Shown: piece by piece, positions 9,292-19,891 of the stretch | Numbering within the stretch: position 1 is the first letter of the stretch | Layout of the letters: each line of letters begins with the position of its first letter | Source: an uncultured bacterium | Lineage (GTDB): Bacteria; Patescibacteriota; Minisyncoccia; UBA6257; 2-01-FULL-56-20 | Assembly (NCBI GenBank): GCA_963696395.1 | Contig: CAVOJZ010000002.1 | Location: 213,060-277,059 of the forward strand | DNA: 64,000 nucleotides | Reading direction: 5' to 3' | Notes under the pieces: model-generated | The model's database searches: none | The model's input: the letters and a program-made list of their open reading frames with translations, nothing else | Told to the model about the DNA's origin: nothing | Translations under genes and position numbers: made by a program

Positions 9292-10739
9292 ACGCGAGGG
9301 AAAAGAGCTTCGGGCTTTTTGGCAGTGAGCTTTCCGTCTTTTGAAACAATAGCTTCGGTTATTTTTCGGGATGTTTCCGGTAAAAACGGCAAAAGCACGG
9401 CAGCTATGTTATCGAGAAGCACCACGAGATTGAAAAGCGCCTTCGCGCGCTGCTTGCCGTCTTTTATCTCCCACACTTTCTTTTCATTCACATATTTATC
9501 TCCGAAGGCAATTGCGTGCCATACGGCAGCCAGCGCGTCCGCAAATTTATAATCGAAAACCTTCTCTTGCGCGGTTTTTTTCATTACGGCGACCACTTTT
9601 TCAAATTCTCCATCCAGAGCATCGTTCGCCAGCGTTTCTTTTTCGGCGAGCGTGAGCACGCGCGCGGCAAAATTGCCGAGGCCGTTTGCGAGATCGCCGT
9701 TATAGCGCTCTTTCATTTTTGTCTCTGAAAAATCACCGTCTTCCCCATACGGTATTTCGCGCAGCAAAAAATAGCGCAGGCCGTCATTGCCATAGCGCGA
9801 AATGAGATCGAGCGGATCAACGCCGTTCCCGAGCGACTTGCTCATCTTGGTTCCTTCAACGGTGAGAAATCCGTTTGCAATCACCTGCCCCGGCAAAGGC
9901 AGACCCGCCGACATGAGCATCGCCGGCCATATCACCGCATGAAAACGCAGGATGTCCTTGCCGACGGCGTGAATGTCGGCCGGATGCTCTTCCCAACCCT
10001 CGATGCCAACCGCGGAAATATAATTGACAAGCGCATCCGCCCAAACATAAATAACCTGGTCGGGATTGCCGGGCACGGGTATTCCCCATTCTTTCTTTTC
10101 ACGGGAAAAACTTATATCTTCGAGCCCCTGCTCCACGAATGCGCGGACTTCATTGAACCGGTTTGCCGGCGCAACAAAATCCGGATTTGCTTTATAAAAC
10201 TCGACGAGCTTGTCCTGATACCGCGACAATGCAAAAAAGTAATTCTGCTCCGAAACGAGTTCCGGTTTTATTTTGTGATCCGGACAAAGTCCGTCGGGCG
10301 TAAGCTCGTCTTCTTTCATGAACGCCTCATGGCCTTTGCAATAAAGACCCTGATACGTACCGATGTAGAGATCGCCGGCCGCTTCCATGCGCGACCATAA
10401 TTCACGGACCATCTCGACATGCCGCTCTTCGGTTGTGCGGATAAAATCGGTGTTTGAAATGCGGAGCTTTGCCCAAGTGTCACTCCAAAGGTCCGCGAGG
10501 CGGTCAACGTAAGCATGGATTTCTTCGCCACTTTTTTGGGCGGCGTCAACCGTTTTTTGGGAGTTTTCATCAACCCCAGTCGTGAAAACCACATCTTCGC
10601 CGCGCTGGGCGCGAAGGCGCGCAATCGCATCAGCGACGATCGTCGTATACGCGTGGCCGATATGCGGCTTATCGTTCACATAGTAAATCGGCGTCGTTAT
10701 GTAGAATTTCCCGCTTGGGTCGTGAGCCATAGATACCAC
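9288..10739 (-). CDS. metG: Methionyl-tRNA synthetase (short form)
   Basis: PIYYVNDKPHIGHAYTT (HIGH-type), KMSKSLGN, anticodon-binding helical C-terminal domain. Confidence 0.95.
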   Translation of the reverse strand: MVSMAHDPSGKFYITTPIYYVNDKPHIGHAYTTIVADAIARLRAQRGEDVVFTTGVDENSQKTVDAAQKSGEEIHAYVDRLADLWSDTWAKLRISNTDFIRTTEERHVEMVRELWSRMEAAGDLYIGTYQGLYCKGHEAFMKEDELTPDGLCPDHKIKPELVSEQNYFFALSRYQDKLVEFYKANPDFVAPANRFNEVRAFVEQGLEDISFSREKKEWGIPVPGNPDQVIYVWADALVNYISAVGIEGWEEHPADIHAVGKDILRFHAVIWPAMLMSAGLPLPGQVIANGFLTVEGTKMSKSLGNGVDPLDLISRYGNDGLRYFLLREIPYGEDGDFSETKMKERYNGDLANGLGNFAARVLTLAEKETLANDALDGEFEKVVAVMKKTAQEKVFDYKFADALAAVWHAIAFGDKYVNEKKVWEIKDGKQRAKALFNLVVLLDNIAAVLLPFLPETSRKITEAIVSKDGKLTAKKPEALFPRV

Positions 10740-10776
10740 TCTACAAGATTTTGCGGAATCGGCAAACGATCAATCC

Positions 10777-11790
10777 TTATTCCTGAGGCACAGGCCGTTT
10801 CTTCACCGACCATTCGCTGATGACCTCCTGGAAAATTGCCGCGGCAGGCACGGCGATAACCATGCCCAAAATACCTCCCACCTCCGCCCCGATAAGCAAG
10901 GCACCGATCACGATCACCGGATGCAAGCCGATAGCGCGCCGCGAAAGTATCGGCACGAGGATGTTCGATTCAAATTGCTGCGCAAGCATGAAGAAGATGA
11001 GGGTTGAGATTGCAAGGGTTGTCGAAGTGAGCAGTGCGGTCACAACCGCAACGGCTCCGGACAGGATCGGACCCACGAATGGAACGAGCTCGAAAATAGC
11101 CGCAATGATCGCGATGAGGAATGCATATTTCACATGAAGTAAAGACAGGCCTCCCCACACCAAAAATCCCATAATCAAGCTCAGTAATATTTGCATGCGG
11201 AACCAGGAGCCGATCCGCTTGCGAGCGCGGCCGTAGATGCGCATCGTTTGTTCTTCGTAATCGGGCGGCACAATGATCTCGAGAAACTGTTCGACGCCGT
11301 CGCGGCCAATCGTGAGATAGAACGAGCTCACGATGACGGCGATCGCGAGCCCGAAACTGCCGATGGCATTCGCAAAGAAATCAAGCGGCGACGTGTTGCT
11401 CGCGATAAACTGTGAGGAAAGTTTTGAAACCAGGCTACTTGCGGACTGCGAAGCTTTCAGGTTGAGCAATATGCTGAGGCCGCCGAGATTTGCAGCGTTG
11501 GCTCCGGAAAGTACGTTGTTTAGTTCAACAATAAGAAGGGGAACTACGGTGTAGACCAGTATAATAATGACGAGGAGTGCGGCGAGGAAAATGAGGATCA
11601 CGCTCACCGTACGCGGCAAGCTCATCCGTTCCATAAGATCCACGAGCCCCTCAAGCCCGGAAGAAATAATGATTGCAAGAAACAATCCAAGCAGAATCTG
11701 GCGACCCATGAAAATAACCCACACAATAAGGATGAAAAGAAAAAACCGCCATAAGCTCATCCATGAAATTTCAAATCCTTTTCGCTCCAT
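10777..11790 (-). CDS. AI-2E family transporter (PerM/YdiK-like, UPF0118)
   Basis: Eight-TM profile and family-typical N-terminus; 337 aa. Confidence 0.7.
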   Translation of the reverse strand: MERKGFEISWMSLWRFFLFILIVWVIFMGRQILLGLFLAIIISSGLEGLVDLMERMSLPRTVSVILIFLAALLVIIILVYTVVPLLIVELNNVLSGANAANLGGLSILLNLKASQSASSLVSKLSSQFIASNTSPLDFFANAIGSFGLAIAVIVSSFYLTIGRDGVEQFLEIIVPPDYEEQTMRIYGRARKRIGSWFRMQILLSLIMGFLVWGGLSLLHVKYAFLIAIIAAIFELVPFVGPILSGAVAVVTALLTSTTLAISTLIFFMLAQQFESNILVPILSRRAIGLHPVIVIGALLIGAEVGGILGMVIAVPAAAIFQEVISEWSVKKRPVPQE

Positions 11791-11802
11791 CGGTTGATTC
11801 CG

Positions 11803-13077
11803 TTATTTTAAAATTAATAATTTCTGGAATTTTTTTTGGTCTTTATAAGGTCCGATGAGTGCAAGATTGAGATGTTTTTCCTTGAAAACGTCGCGGGCCA
11901 CGTTCCGCACCTCGGCGGCTGTTGTCCTCTTTATTCTAGCCACTAATGTCTCTGGGGGCAAAATCGTCTTGGTGATAATCTCCTGGCCCCCGTAAAAACT
12001 CGCCAGGTCATCGGAGGTTTCAAGCCCGAGAATGAGATTGCCGATCATGTGGTCCTTTGATTTCTGCAGTTCGTCCGCGGGCACCACTTCATCGCACATA
12101 CGCCTGCATTCATTGAGAATTGCCTTGATAACGGTTTCTATCTTTCCATGGTCAATGCCGGCCGAAATCGAAATAAGGCCATGGTCGAGAGAAAGATCGG
12201 TTCCCGCACCGATATAATAGGCCGCTCCAAGCTCCTCCCTCACTTTCATAAAAAGCCGCGAACTCATTCCCCCGCCAAGAATATCCGCCATCAAACGAAG
12301 CGCGTTGCGCCGCTTATCGAATCTGTTAAAAGCCCTGAATCCAAGAACAAGATGCGCCTGATCCGATTCTTTAAAGTGAAGCAGCGCTCTCGGTTCGCTT
12401 TGCTGTTCCTTCACCGGCTTCTTTGCGATCACTCGCTTTCGGGGCAGACTTCCGAATGTTCGCTGTATTTGTGCGAGCGTTATTTTTTCATTAAATTTTC
12501 CAGCAACAACAACGAGAGTTCCCGGCGCAACATAACGCAACGCGCGGTAAGCTGCGAAATCGTCGCGGTGCAACGCCCGGACGACTTCCTTCGTCCCTGC
12601 AACATCCCATCCGGCCGGCTGATCGCCATATACCAGCTCGCTGAATATTTTCTGCGCACGAGCCGGGAGATCATCTTCATACATGTTAATTTCCTGAATA
12701 ATAACGCCGCGTTCTTTTTCTATTTCTTCAGGATTAAAAATCGGGTTTAGGTAAAGATCCGAGACGATTTCCAGAATCCTCGGAAGTTTCTCCGCCTGCG
12801 CCTTCGCCCAATATCCCGTACACTCCTGGTCGGTGAAAGCGTTCGATTGCGCGCCGAGCGCCGCAAGTTCGTGGGCAATCATACCGGGCTTCGGCCTGGT
12901 GGTTGTCCCCTTGAACATAAGGTGTTCAAGAAAATGAGAAACGCCATTTATTTTTTTGGTTTCGTATTCCGACCCCGCCTCCACCAGAATCAGAACCGTC
13001 GCAGCCATGTTCTCGGGTTGAGGAACCAAAAGCACCCGGAGGCCGTTCTTGAGTGTGATTTTTTTTGGTTTTTTCAT
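11803..13077 (-). CDS. M16-family zinc peptidase (insulinase-like)
   Basis: HFLEHLMFKGT inverted zincin motif HxxEH. The start is set at the internal MKKPKKITLKNG because the longer track ORF (to 13401) would overlap the next gene by about 290 nt. Confidence 0.8.
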   Translation of the reverse strand: MKKPKKITLKNGLRVLLVPQPENMAATVLILVEAGSEYETKKINGVSHFLEHLMFKGTTTRPKPGMIAHELAALGAQSNAFTDQECTGYWAKAQAEKLPRILEIVSDLYLNPIFNPEEIEKERGVIIQEINMYEDDLPARAQKIFSELVYGDQPAGWDVAGTKEVVRALHRDDFAAYRALRYVAPGTLVVVAGKFNEKITLAQIQRTFGSLPRKRVIAKKPVKEQQSEPRALLHFKESDQAHLVLGFRAFNRFDKRRNALRLMADILGGGMSSRLFMKVREELGAAYYIGAGTDLSLDHGLISISAGIDHGKIETVIKAILNECRRMCDEVVPADELQKSKDHMIGNLILGLETSDDLASFYGGQEIITKTILPPETLVARIKRTTAAEVRNVARDVFKEKHLNLALIGPYKDQKKFQKLLILK

Positions 13078-13112
13078 TTGCCTATTGCTATACGTCCCAC
13101 ACCCGTAGTTTG

Positions 13113-14609
13113 CTAGCTCGTCGTCGTTCCCGTAAGGGTCTGAATGTCCGCGGCAAATCCTTGAGCGCGCTCGACAACCGCTTCGCCGTAGGTCCAAAGG
13201 TAACTCTTCCAGTGAGACCCGGCATAATATTTTGCCGCCGTGCAACGCTCCTGGCTTAACGGAGCCGTATAAACCGCCTGGCATCCGACCATGCCATCCT
13301 TCAAGTAAAGCGCCGTCGCGACGAAGGCGTCCGCATTGTTCCACGGCGACGGCGGATTGTCGCCCGTGACCCCGGAAACCGCCGACGCATAAAGGTTCCA
13401 CGTTGATGGCACAAATTGCGCGGGCCCCATGGCGCCCCCGTAAATGCCGTCGGCATTCGGGCAGGAAACGAGCATCGTATCCGGATTGAGATTAAGGGAG
13501 TTTACGATTGCAAGAAAGAGCGGAATGTTTGAAGGGCTCATCGCCGACTTGTAGTCGCACTTCCCGACATTCTGTCCGAGCGCAGATTCGTGATCGAGGA
13601 CGGCAAGGATAAACGACGGATCAATGCCTGTGGCATTGCCGGCAAGCTTGGCATATTGATATGCGTCGCCGAACGAAAGTTGTCCCCCGCCGAGCAACTG
13701 GAAAATACGGCTTCGGATCTGCGCGGCGGTGGCCTGCGTCTGGACAAGCAACGCCTGATATTTGGATTCCTGCCCTTTCGTTGCCGTGAGCAACTGCGTC
13801 TTCTGGTCTTTCGTGCTTGCCACGGCGGCCACCTGGGCAGCCTGATATGCCTGCGCCGTCGAAGCTGCATCCCGCGATGCGGCGAATTCCTGTTCCTGAT
13901 CCTGCAGCTGGCCCTGCAAATCCGTCACCTGCTGGACGGCCACCCGCAGGTTGTCCTGCAAGAGCGTTATATTTTGTGTATCGTTCCAAAAATCGGAAAG
14001 GTGGGGATTCTTCAGGAAAATTTCCATCAGATTTGCCTGGTCGTTCTGGTAAATATTTTGCATAAGGCCGCCGATTGCGGTTTTTTTATCCTGAATATCG
14101 GCTTGCGTCACGTCAATCTGCGATTGGGTTTCGGAAATTTTCTGGTCGAGCTGCGAAAGTGTGAGGTTAATCGCTTGAATCTGGAGATTTAGGCTTGCGA
14201 TTTTATCGTTGAGTTCCGCAATTTGTCCGCTCAAACTTTTTCCCTGGCTCTGGTAACTTGCGATCTGGCCCTGGTATTGGTTGATCTGCCCTTCGAGCTG
14301 CGAAAGTTGAGATTGTAGCTGTTGCTGTTCGGCAGCGGCATCGGTGCTCGAAGCCGTTCCTCCTAAGAGCGTCGGGCTCGCTCCCTGTGCCTTAGTCACG
14401 CCGCTCATGGTCGGCGCCGTGACGGATCCGAATATTAAAAAAACCGCGGCGGCGGCGAGCGAGATAAATTGCAATCCGTGGGTGATCGGAATCCGGATGG
14501 TTTTATCGGTGGCTAAATTAACGCGAGAAGGCAAAGACGAAAAAGGCGTCCACCCGTTTCGCCGAGCAGAAATATCACCGACCGTCTTAGGTTTTAAAGG
14601 CCTATGCAT
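13113..14609 (-). CDS. Coiled-coil murein hydrolase with N-terminal TM/coiled-coil and C-terminal family-1 lytic transglycosylase (SLT) domain
   Basis: Q-rich heptad coiled coil (PcsB/EnvC-like); C-terminus carries LDHESALGQ (ES), GAMGPAQF (GLMQ) and KYYAGS (AYNAG) lytic transglycosylase motifs. Confidence 0.7.
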   Translation of the reverse strand: MHRPLKPKTVGDISARRNGWTPFSSLPSRVNLATDKTIRIPITHGLQFISLAAAAVFLIFGSVTAPTMSGVTKAQGASPTLLGGTASSTDAAAEQQQLQSQLSQLEGQINQYQGQIASYQSQGKSLSGQIAELNDKIASLNLQIQAINLTLSQLDQKISETQSQIDVTQADIQDKKTAIGGLMQNIYQNDQANLMEIFLKNPHLSDFWNDTQNITLLQDNLRVAVQQVTDLQGQLQDQEQEFAASRDAASTAQAYQAAQVAAVASTKDQKTQLLTATKGQESKYQALLVQTQATAAQIRSRIFQLLGGGQLSFGDAYQYAKLAGNATGIDPSFILAVLDHESALGQNVGKCDYKSAMSPSNIPLFLAIVNSLNLNPDTMLVSCPNADGIYGGAMGPAQFVPSTWNLYASAVSGVTGDNPPSPWNNADAFVATALYLKDGMVGCQAVYTAPLSQERCTAAKYYAGSHWKSYLWTYGEAVVERAQGFAADIQTLTGTTTS

Positions 14610-14678
14610 ACTTGAGTGCGGCTTTCCTCTATTATAACGCAGAATAGGAAAACCGGTTACCCAAGCTTATCCGCCGGT

Positions 14679-15338
14679 TTATTCCGGTTTTTCCGATTTT
14701 TCTTTCTCCGCCTGTCGTTCGGCTTTCTTCTCTTCGGTTTCAACTTTAACCGTTGACACATCAACCGTTTCAACCGGTGCCGCCACTTCTTCCGGTGCCG
14801 GCGGAGTTGCCGTGGCAACTGCCGTTTCCGGCGCAACCAGGAATTCAACGCCTTTCGGATGCGGGATATCCTTTACGTATATGGTCTTATCAATATCATC
14901 GAGGGCGCTTAAATCAACCGTGATACTTCGGGGAAGATTGTTCGGCAAAGCCTCAACTTCTATTTCAGACATTGCCCGATTCACGACGGCTCCTTTTTCT
15001 TTGACTGCCGGAGCTTCGCCGATGAATTCGAGCGGCACTTTTGCCGTTATCTTTTCGTCCATTCGGATTTCGTGGAAATCAACGTGCTTGATGGTGCCGC
15101 TCAAAAAATCGCGCCCCACCTCGTGGATCATGGCGGAGTGTTTTTCCTTGCCAAGCGTGAGCGTGATCACGGTCGTGGTGCCGGCTTCTTTAAGAACCTT
15201 GTTGAATTCCTTTACGGGAACCGCAAGGTGGACATTTTTGATCCCGCGGCCATAAAGCTCTGCGGGAATGAGGCCTTCTTTGCGGAGAGTTCGTACTTTT
15301 TTCCCTGTTATTTCGCGCGATGTAACGGCTAAATCCAT
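14679..15338 (-). CDS. rplY: 50S ribosomal protein L25 / general stress protein Ctc form
   Basis: MDLAVTSREITGKKVRTLRKEGLIPAELYG N-terminus and acidic/Ala-Pro-rich C-terminal extension; start trimmed to the internal Met. Confidence 0.8.
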   Translation of the reverse strand: MDLAVTSREITGKKVRTLRKEGLIPAELYGRGIKNVHLAVPVKEFNKVLKEAGTTTVITLTLGKEKHSAMIHEVGRDFLSGTIKHVDFHEIRMDEKITAKVPLEFIGEAPAVKEKGAVVNRAMSEIEVEALPNNLPRSITVDLSALDDIDKTIYVKDIPHPKGVEFLVAPETAVATATPPAPEEVAAPVETVDVSTVKVETEEKKAERQAEKEKSEKPE

Positions 15339-15474
15339 GGGGTATATAGTAGCAGAAAGAAATATGAGATGCAAATTCCCGATTTGATATACTAAATCCA
15401 TGCCAACAAATCATACTGACGGAGCGCATAATGCGCATGCGGGTTCGGCGGTCGAAAAACAAAAAGGAAACGTG

Positions 15475-15771
15475 ATGGCGATTTTCGCCTATCTCTGGAT
15501 CCTCATAGTGATTCCCTTCCTGACGGATGCGAAAAATGATCCTTTTGTGAAATATCACTTAAAGCAGGGTCTCGCACTCCTTCTTTTTGACGTAATCGGC
15601 TGGGCGGTGGCTGTCGGAATCGGCTGGTTCCCGGTGATCGGATGGCTCATCGTATGGCTCTGGTGGCTCGCCTCGATCATCCTCGTGATCGTCGGCATCA
15701 TGAACGTTTTGGGTGGACAAGAAAAAGAACTGCCCTGGATCGGTCAGTACGGAAGCAAGTTTAATTTCTAG
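15475..15771 (+). CDS. Small integral membrane protein (DUF4870/TM2-like)
   Basis: Three hydrophobic helices, Trp-rich; start at MAIFAYLW. Confidence 0.5.
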   Translation: MAIFAYLWILIVIPFLTDAKNDPFVKYHLKQGLALLLFDVIGWAVAVGIGWFPVIGWLIVWLWWLASIILVIVGIMNVLGGQEKELPWIGQYGSKFNF

Positions 15772-16637
15772 CCCTGGATTCCGTTAAATAACTTCAAGCG
15801 GTCAATAACGATTTTCTTAATCCCCTCCACCGCGGGTGAGACAATTTTGTACGGAGCGATTTCATCCGGATTCTTTAAGCCTCCCTCGACACCCCGGCGC
15901 CACGCAAGGCGCAACTCGCTTGAAACATGGATAATCGTCATGCCGTTTTTTGCGGCGGCCACAAAATCCTCGTCTGCCGTTCCCGAACCGCCGTGCAGTG
16001 TCATAAATTTTCCGCACGTTTTTTTAATCGCCGCGATAAGTTCCTGATTTAATTTCTTATGGGCATCGCCCGTAACCATCTCCTTCAATAAGCCGTGCAT
16101 ATTTCCAACGGCGGGGGCAAGAACATCCACGCCCGTTTCTTTTACAAACCACATCGCTTCATCGGGCGTTGAAAGCTTGAGTGATTCCTCCGGACGCTTG
16201 TCTACGATTTCGGACGATGATCCGATATAGCCGATTTCGCCCTCGACGACGATATCCTGATTGACGGAACGGACGGTGTTCACCGCCTCTTTTGTCTGCT
16301 TTGCGTTTTCCTCGAATGACAGTTTCGATCCGTCGAACAAAACCTCGTCAAACCCCGCTTCAGCGGCTTCTTTCACTTTGTCGAGCGAATGCGTATGGTC
16401 GGCATTCAGGTAAACCGGATATCCATAATCTTCGCGCAGGCCGCGGATCAGGCGGACCGCATTTTTAACGCCGATAAATTCGCGCTCCCCTTCCGATACG
16501 CCAATCAAAACCGGTACGCCGAGATCCTGAGCCCCTGCAAAAATCGCCTTGAGGGCGCCGAGGTCGGAGATATTGAAATGCCCGACGGCCACATGGCGCG
16601 CATCGGCATCGGCAAGAACTTCGCGTAAAGATTTCAT
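15768..16637 (-). CDS. fba: Class II fructose/tagatose-bisphosphate aldolase
   Basis: HFNISDLG, NADHTHS and MTLHGGSGT class II aldolase motifs. Confidence 0.8.
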   Translation of the reverse strand: MKSLREVLADADARHVAVGHFNISDLGALKAIFAGAQDLGVPVLIGVSEGEREFIGVKNAVRLIRGLREDYGYPVYLNADHTHSLDKVKEAAEAGFDEVLFDGSKLSFEENAKQTKEAVNTVRSVNQDIVVEGEIGYIGSSSEIVDKRPEESLKLSTPDEAMWFVKETGVDVLAPAVGNMHGLLKEMVTGDAHKKLNQELIAAIKKTCGKFMTLHGGSGTADEDFVAAAKNGMTIIHVSSELRLAWRRGVEGGLKNPDEIAPYKIVSPAVEGIKKIVIDRLKLFNGIQG

Positions 16638-17644
16638 AATACTTTCGGTGTAAATTTCTTTGGCGCACGCTTAAGCAGGGTTTCCAGATTCCGCTTGGTG
16701 AGCAATCCTGTTTGAGCGCCGAAAAATTGAACAACGTGCATCGATTCGATCGGCGCCCAACGCAACGCTTCCTGCACCGGCAGACCGTAAATGAGTGCGC
16801 ACATGAATCCCGTTGAAAATGCGTCGCCGGCGCCGGTCCGCGATACTGGCGGCTTCGGATCCGGATAGAGCGGCATCGAATAACGATTGACACCGTCCGA
16901 TGCGTATGCGCCGTTCGGGCCGTCGGTGATAACCACGATCTTCGGACCGATTTTATGCATCCCTTCAAAAAGCGCCTTCATGTCGGTTCCCGGCTTCTTT
17001 TTCAACACCAGTTCCGCTTCCTCTTTATTCACAAAGACCACATACGTATGCTTGTAAATATCCCTGAGCTTATCCGCGCCGAAACGCAATTGGAATGTGC
17101 CGGGGTTAAAACCCATGCGCACTTCCGGATGCCCCTTCAGATAGTCGGCAACTTTTTTGTGAAATGGCAATGTGTGTTCCGCGATCGAGGAAAAATAAAT
17201 CCAGTCGGTTTTTTTGTCGAGCAATTTCGGTTCGACGTAGTCGTATTCCTGATGCTTGATAAGAATGGTCCGCTCGGCTTTGTACGTGAGCACAAAATGG
17301 TAGTTGGTCGGCTTGTTCTTATTCACACGCACGAATTGCGTTGCAACGCCCTCCTTTCTATAGACTTCGAGAATTTCCTGGCCGTAATGGTCGCCGCCGA
17401 CCGCCGTAAGCATGGCGGTGTTCAAACCCAGTCGCGCCGCGCCGACGGCGACATTCGACGCATTGCCGACGGCAGGGACAACCACGAGCGATTCGTACGG
17501 GATCTTCGTTGCGAACGACATGCATAATTGGCAATCCTCATTATTCAAACTGCAATGCACGGACGCTTCGTGAAGCCCGATGAAGGCATCCATAACGGTA
17601 TCACCAATGCACACCAGATCGTATTTTCTTTTCATGGGTTTCAT
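16634..17644 (-). CDS. PfkB-family carbohydrate kinase
   Basis: GAGDAFSTGF PfkB signature 2; 4-nt overlap with fba. Confidence 0.8.
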   Translation of the reverse strand: MKPMKRKYDLVCIGDTVMDAFIGLHEASVHCSLNNEDCQLCMSFATKIPYESLVVVPAVGNASNVAVGAARLGLNTAMLTAVGGDHYGQEILEVYRKEGVATQFVRVNKNKPTNYHFVLTYKAERTILIKHQEYDYVEPKLLDKKTDWIYFSSIAEHTLPFHKKVADYLKGHPEVRMGFNPGTFQLRFGADKLRDIYKHTYVVFVNKEEAELVLKKKPGTDMKALFEGMHKIGPKIVVITDGPNGAYASDGVNRYSMPLYPDPKPPVSRTGAGDAFSTGFMCALIYGLPVQEALRWAPIESMHVVQFFGAQTGLLTKRNLETLLKRAPKKFTPKVL

Positions 17645-17667
17645 TATATCAGAGACGGGACGAACCG

Positions 17668-18660
17668 TTATTTCTTTCTTCGTACGGATTTCTTTGCGGC
17701 GAGCTTAATGTCCTTCGCAGTCATTCCGTATTTTTCGATAAGCTTCGCCGGCGAACCCGACTCCCCGAACATGTTCTGCATTCCGATAAATTCAATCGGC
17801 ACCGGATACGACTGCGCGAGCACTTCGGCGACCGCGCCGCCCAAACCGCCGTCCACCTGATGTTCTTCGACCGTCACGACGGCCCCGCATTTTTTCGCGA
17901 GCTCGATGATTTTCTTTGCATCGATCGGCTTGATCGTGTGGCAATTCAAAACGATCGAACCGATTTTTTCATTCTCGAGCTCCCGTGCCGCCACGAGGGC
18001 GTTATACATAAGACCTCCGCATCCGATGATTAACACTTCCGGTTTCTTTGATTGCCAAAAAATCTGCGCCTTGCCGGGAATATACGGTGTTTCGGCAGTC
18101 GTCATTATTGGCGTTTTCTCACGCTGGAATCGCAGATATACCGGCCCCCACACATGAGCCGCGGCGGCCGTCGCTTTGCGTCCTTCGATGGCATCACACG
18201 GCACCCACACCTGCATATTCGGCATCGCGCGCATAATAGCGATATCTTCGGTGGCCTGGTGTGTTGCGCCGTCCGGGCCGACGGAAATGCCAGCATGATG
18301 GCCGGCAATCTTAACGTTGGAATCGTTATAGGCGATGGTCGTCCGGATCTGTTCCCAGTTTCTTCCCGGTGAAAACGTGGCGTACGACGCAATGAACGGT
18401 ATCTTTCCGGTCACCCCTAAACCGGCCGCAACCGTTGCCATGTTCTGTTCGGCGACGCCGAGTTCAAAAAAGCGGCTTGGATATTTTTTTGCGAATGCAT
18501 CAACGCGCGTGGACTCCACGAGGTCGGCGCACAATGCAACCACATTCGCATTTTTGTCGCCGGCAATGACAAGCCCCTCCCCGAATCCGTCACGGGTCGG
18601 ACGCTGCTCACAATTGGGCTCGAACAATGCGGGGTTCAGTTTTGCCTCAGGATCAATCAT
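17668..18660 (-). CDS. tktB: Transketolase, C-terminal (pyrimidine-binding) subunit
   Basis: FELGVAEQNMATVAAGL and GATHQATEDIAIMRAMPNM motifs typical of the transketolase C-terminal half. Confidence 0.9.
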   Translation of the reverse strand: MIDPEAKLNPALFEPNCEQRPTRDGFGEGLVIAGDKNANVVALCADLVESTRVDAFAKKYPSRFFELGVAEQNMATVAAGLGVTGKIPFIASYATFSPGRNWEQIRTTIAYNDSNVKIAGHHAGISVGPDGATHQATEDIAIMRAMPNMQVWVPCDAIEGRKATAAAAHVWGPVYLRFQREKTPIMTTAETPYIPGKAQIFWQSKKPEVLIIGCGGLMYNALVAARELENEKIGSIVLNCHTIKPIDAKKIIELAKKCGAVVTVEEHQVDGGLGGAVAEVLAQSYPVPIEFIGMQNMFGESGSPAKLIEKYGMTAKDIKLAAKKSVRRKK

Positions 18661-18675
18661 TCTCTTTATTTTACT

Positions 18676-19332
18676 CTATTTCGTAAAAACTAGCGTGTTC
18701 ACAATTTGGTGCGCTACATAATTATTCGCCACCGGCAGTGAAAGATTTGGATTTTCGCGGGCGACCGGAAAATCAAAACGAAGCGTTTCCCCGCCATGCG
18801 CCACATATATTTGCTCTGCGACATGATCGAATTCAAAAACGCCATAGAGCTCATACGCCTCGTACGAAGGCGGCCCGCCAACCGAAAGAACTTCAGACCG
18901 CTCGTATTGCGGAGCAACCGAAGGCGCCTCCCCGTTAACAGCTCCACTCGCCTTATCCTCCGCCTTATCTTCCGCCAGAAAAGCATGGACATATTCGCCG
19001 GAGGAAAGCGAGCTTGTATTGTTCTCGACAAAAATCTGGAGGCTGTATGTTTTTACGCCCGAGATCGGATTGCCGAACGCAACATAGGGGTCATTGCCAA
19101 CAAGACCGTCCTCATACAACGTCCATCCCGGCGGATACGACAACCGGAATCCGTAGGTGTCGTTTCGATAAATATTCCATCCCGAAATCTCCTCCAAAGA
19201 AAAATTGCTCGTGGCGACGTCGGCCTGAAACCGGGAAAACACGACGAATGCAAAAGTGCCGAGTGAGACAACCGTAATCACGATTGCCGTCAGAACGGCT
19301 TTCGGCTCATCTTTATGGAACATCGCGTACAT
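18676..19332 (-). CDS. Hypothetical secreted/membrane-anchored protein inserted between the transketolase halves
   Basis: N-terminal TM helix then soluble domain; no motif. Confidence 0.45.
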   Translation of the reverse strand: MYAMFHKDEPKAVLTAIVITVVSLGTFAFVVFSRFQADVATSNFSLEEISGWNIYRNDTYGFRLSYPPGWTLYEDGLVGNDPYVAFGNPISGVKTYSLQIFVENNTSSLSSGEYVHAFLAEDKAEDKASGAVNGEAPSVAPQYERSEVLSVGGPPSYEAYELYGVFEFDHVAEQIYVAHGGETLRFDFPVARENPNLSLPVANNYVAHQIVNTLVFTK

Positions 19333-19344
19333 CGGGCGTGTTCC

Positions 19345-19872
19345 TTATACCGTTCTCTGTGCGTGGCGTTGCATGAGCCACATACTGCCTCCGATCACGA
19401 TCACGGCAACGACAAGGCCGACAAAAAACTTCAACTGGTCATCAATGCTCCCCCACCCGCGACCATAGCCGTACATTATGCTCCAAAGCCCGGCAAGCAT
19501 AATGCCGATGGGCACGCCTTGCCCGGCGAGAGCGGCGTAAAGGACGAGAAGAAATCCGGCAACAAAGACAATGATCCCAATTACGTTGCCGATGATGAAA
19601 AGATTACGGTTGTATACACCCATCGCAGCTTCGTAAACCGTTTCCTCCTGGTTGAACTGGTCCTGTTGCGCGGATTGCTGGGCCTCGATCTGCTGATTCT
19701 GTTTCAAGCATTGGGTATCGCCCGACGGACACGGCACCACGGGAATGCCAATCGGATTATTTGGATACGTCGGTGCAGTGGGAGCCGGATAAAACGCGGC
19801 AATGCCCAAAACGATCAAAGCTCCCAAAATGATTGCTGTGCCGATTGCTAAAACGACATTTACAATTTTCAT
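19345..19872 (-). CDS. Hypothetical polytopic membrane protein inserted between the transketolase halves
   Basis: Several TM helices with a Q-rich loop. Confidence 0.45.
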   Translation of the reverse strand: MKIVNVVLAIGTAIILGALIVLGIAAFYPAPTAPTYPNNPIGIPVVPCPSGDTQCLKQNQQIEAQQSAQQDQFNQEETVYEAAMGVYNRNLFIIGNVIGIIVFVAGFLLVLYAALAGQGVPIGIMLAGLWSIMYGYGRGWGSIDDQLKFFVGLVVAVIVIGGSMWLMQRHAQRTV

Positions 19873-19891
19873 TTTTTAATTATTAATTAAA

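Noticed and set aside
11803-13401. 532-aa track ORF for the M16 peptidase
   Set aside because: The N-terminal 108 codons overlap the next gene by about 290 nt and are Arg/Gly-rich; the internal Met at 13077 gives a typical M16 N-terminus.
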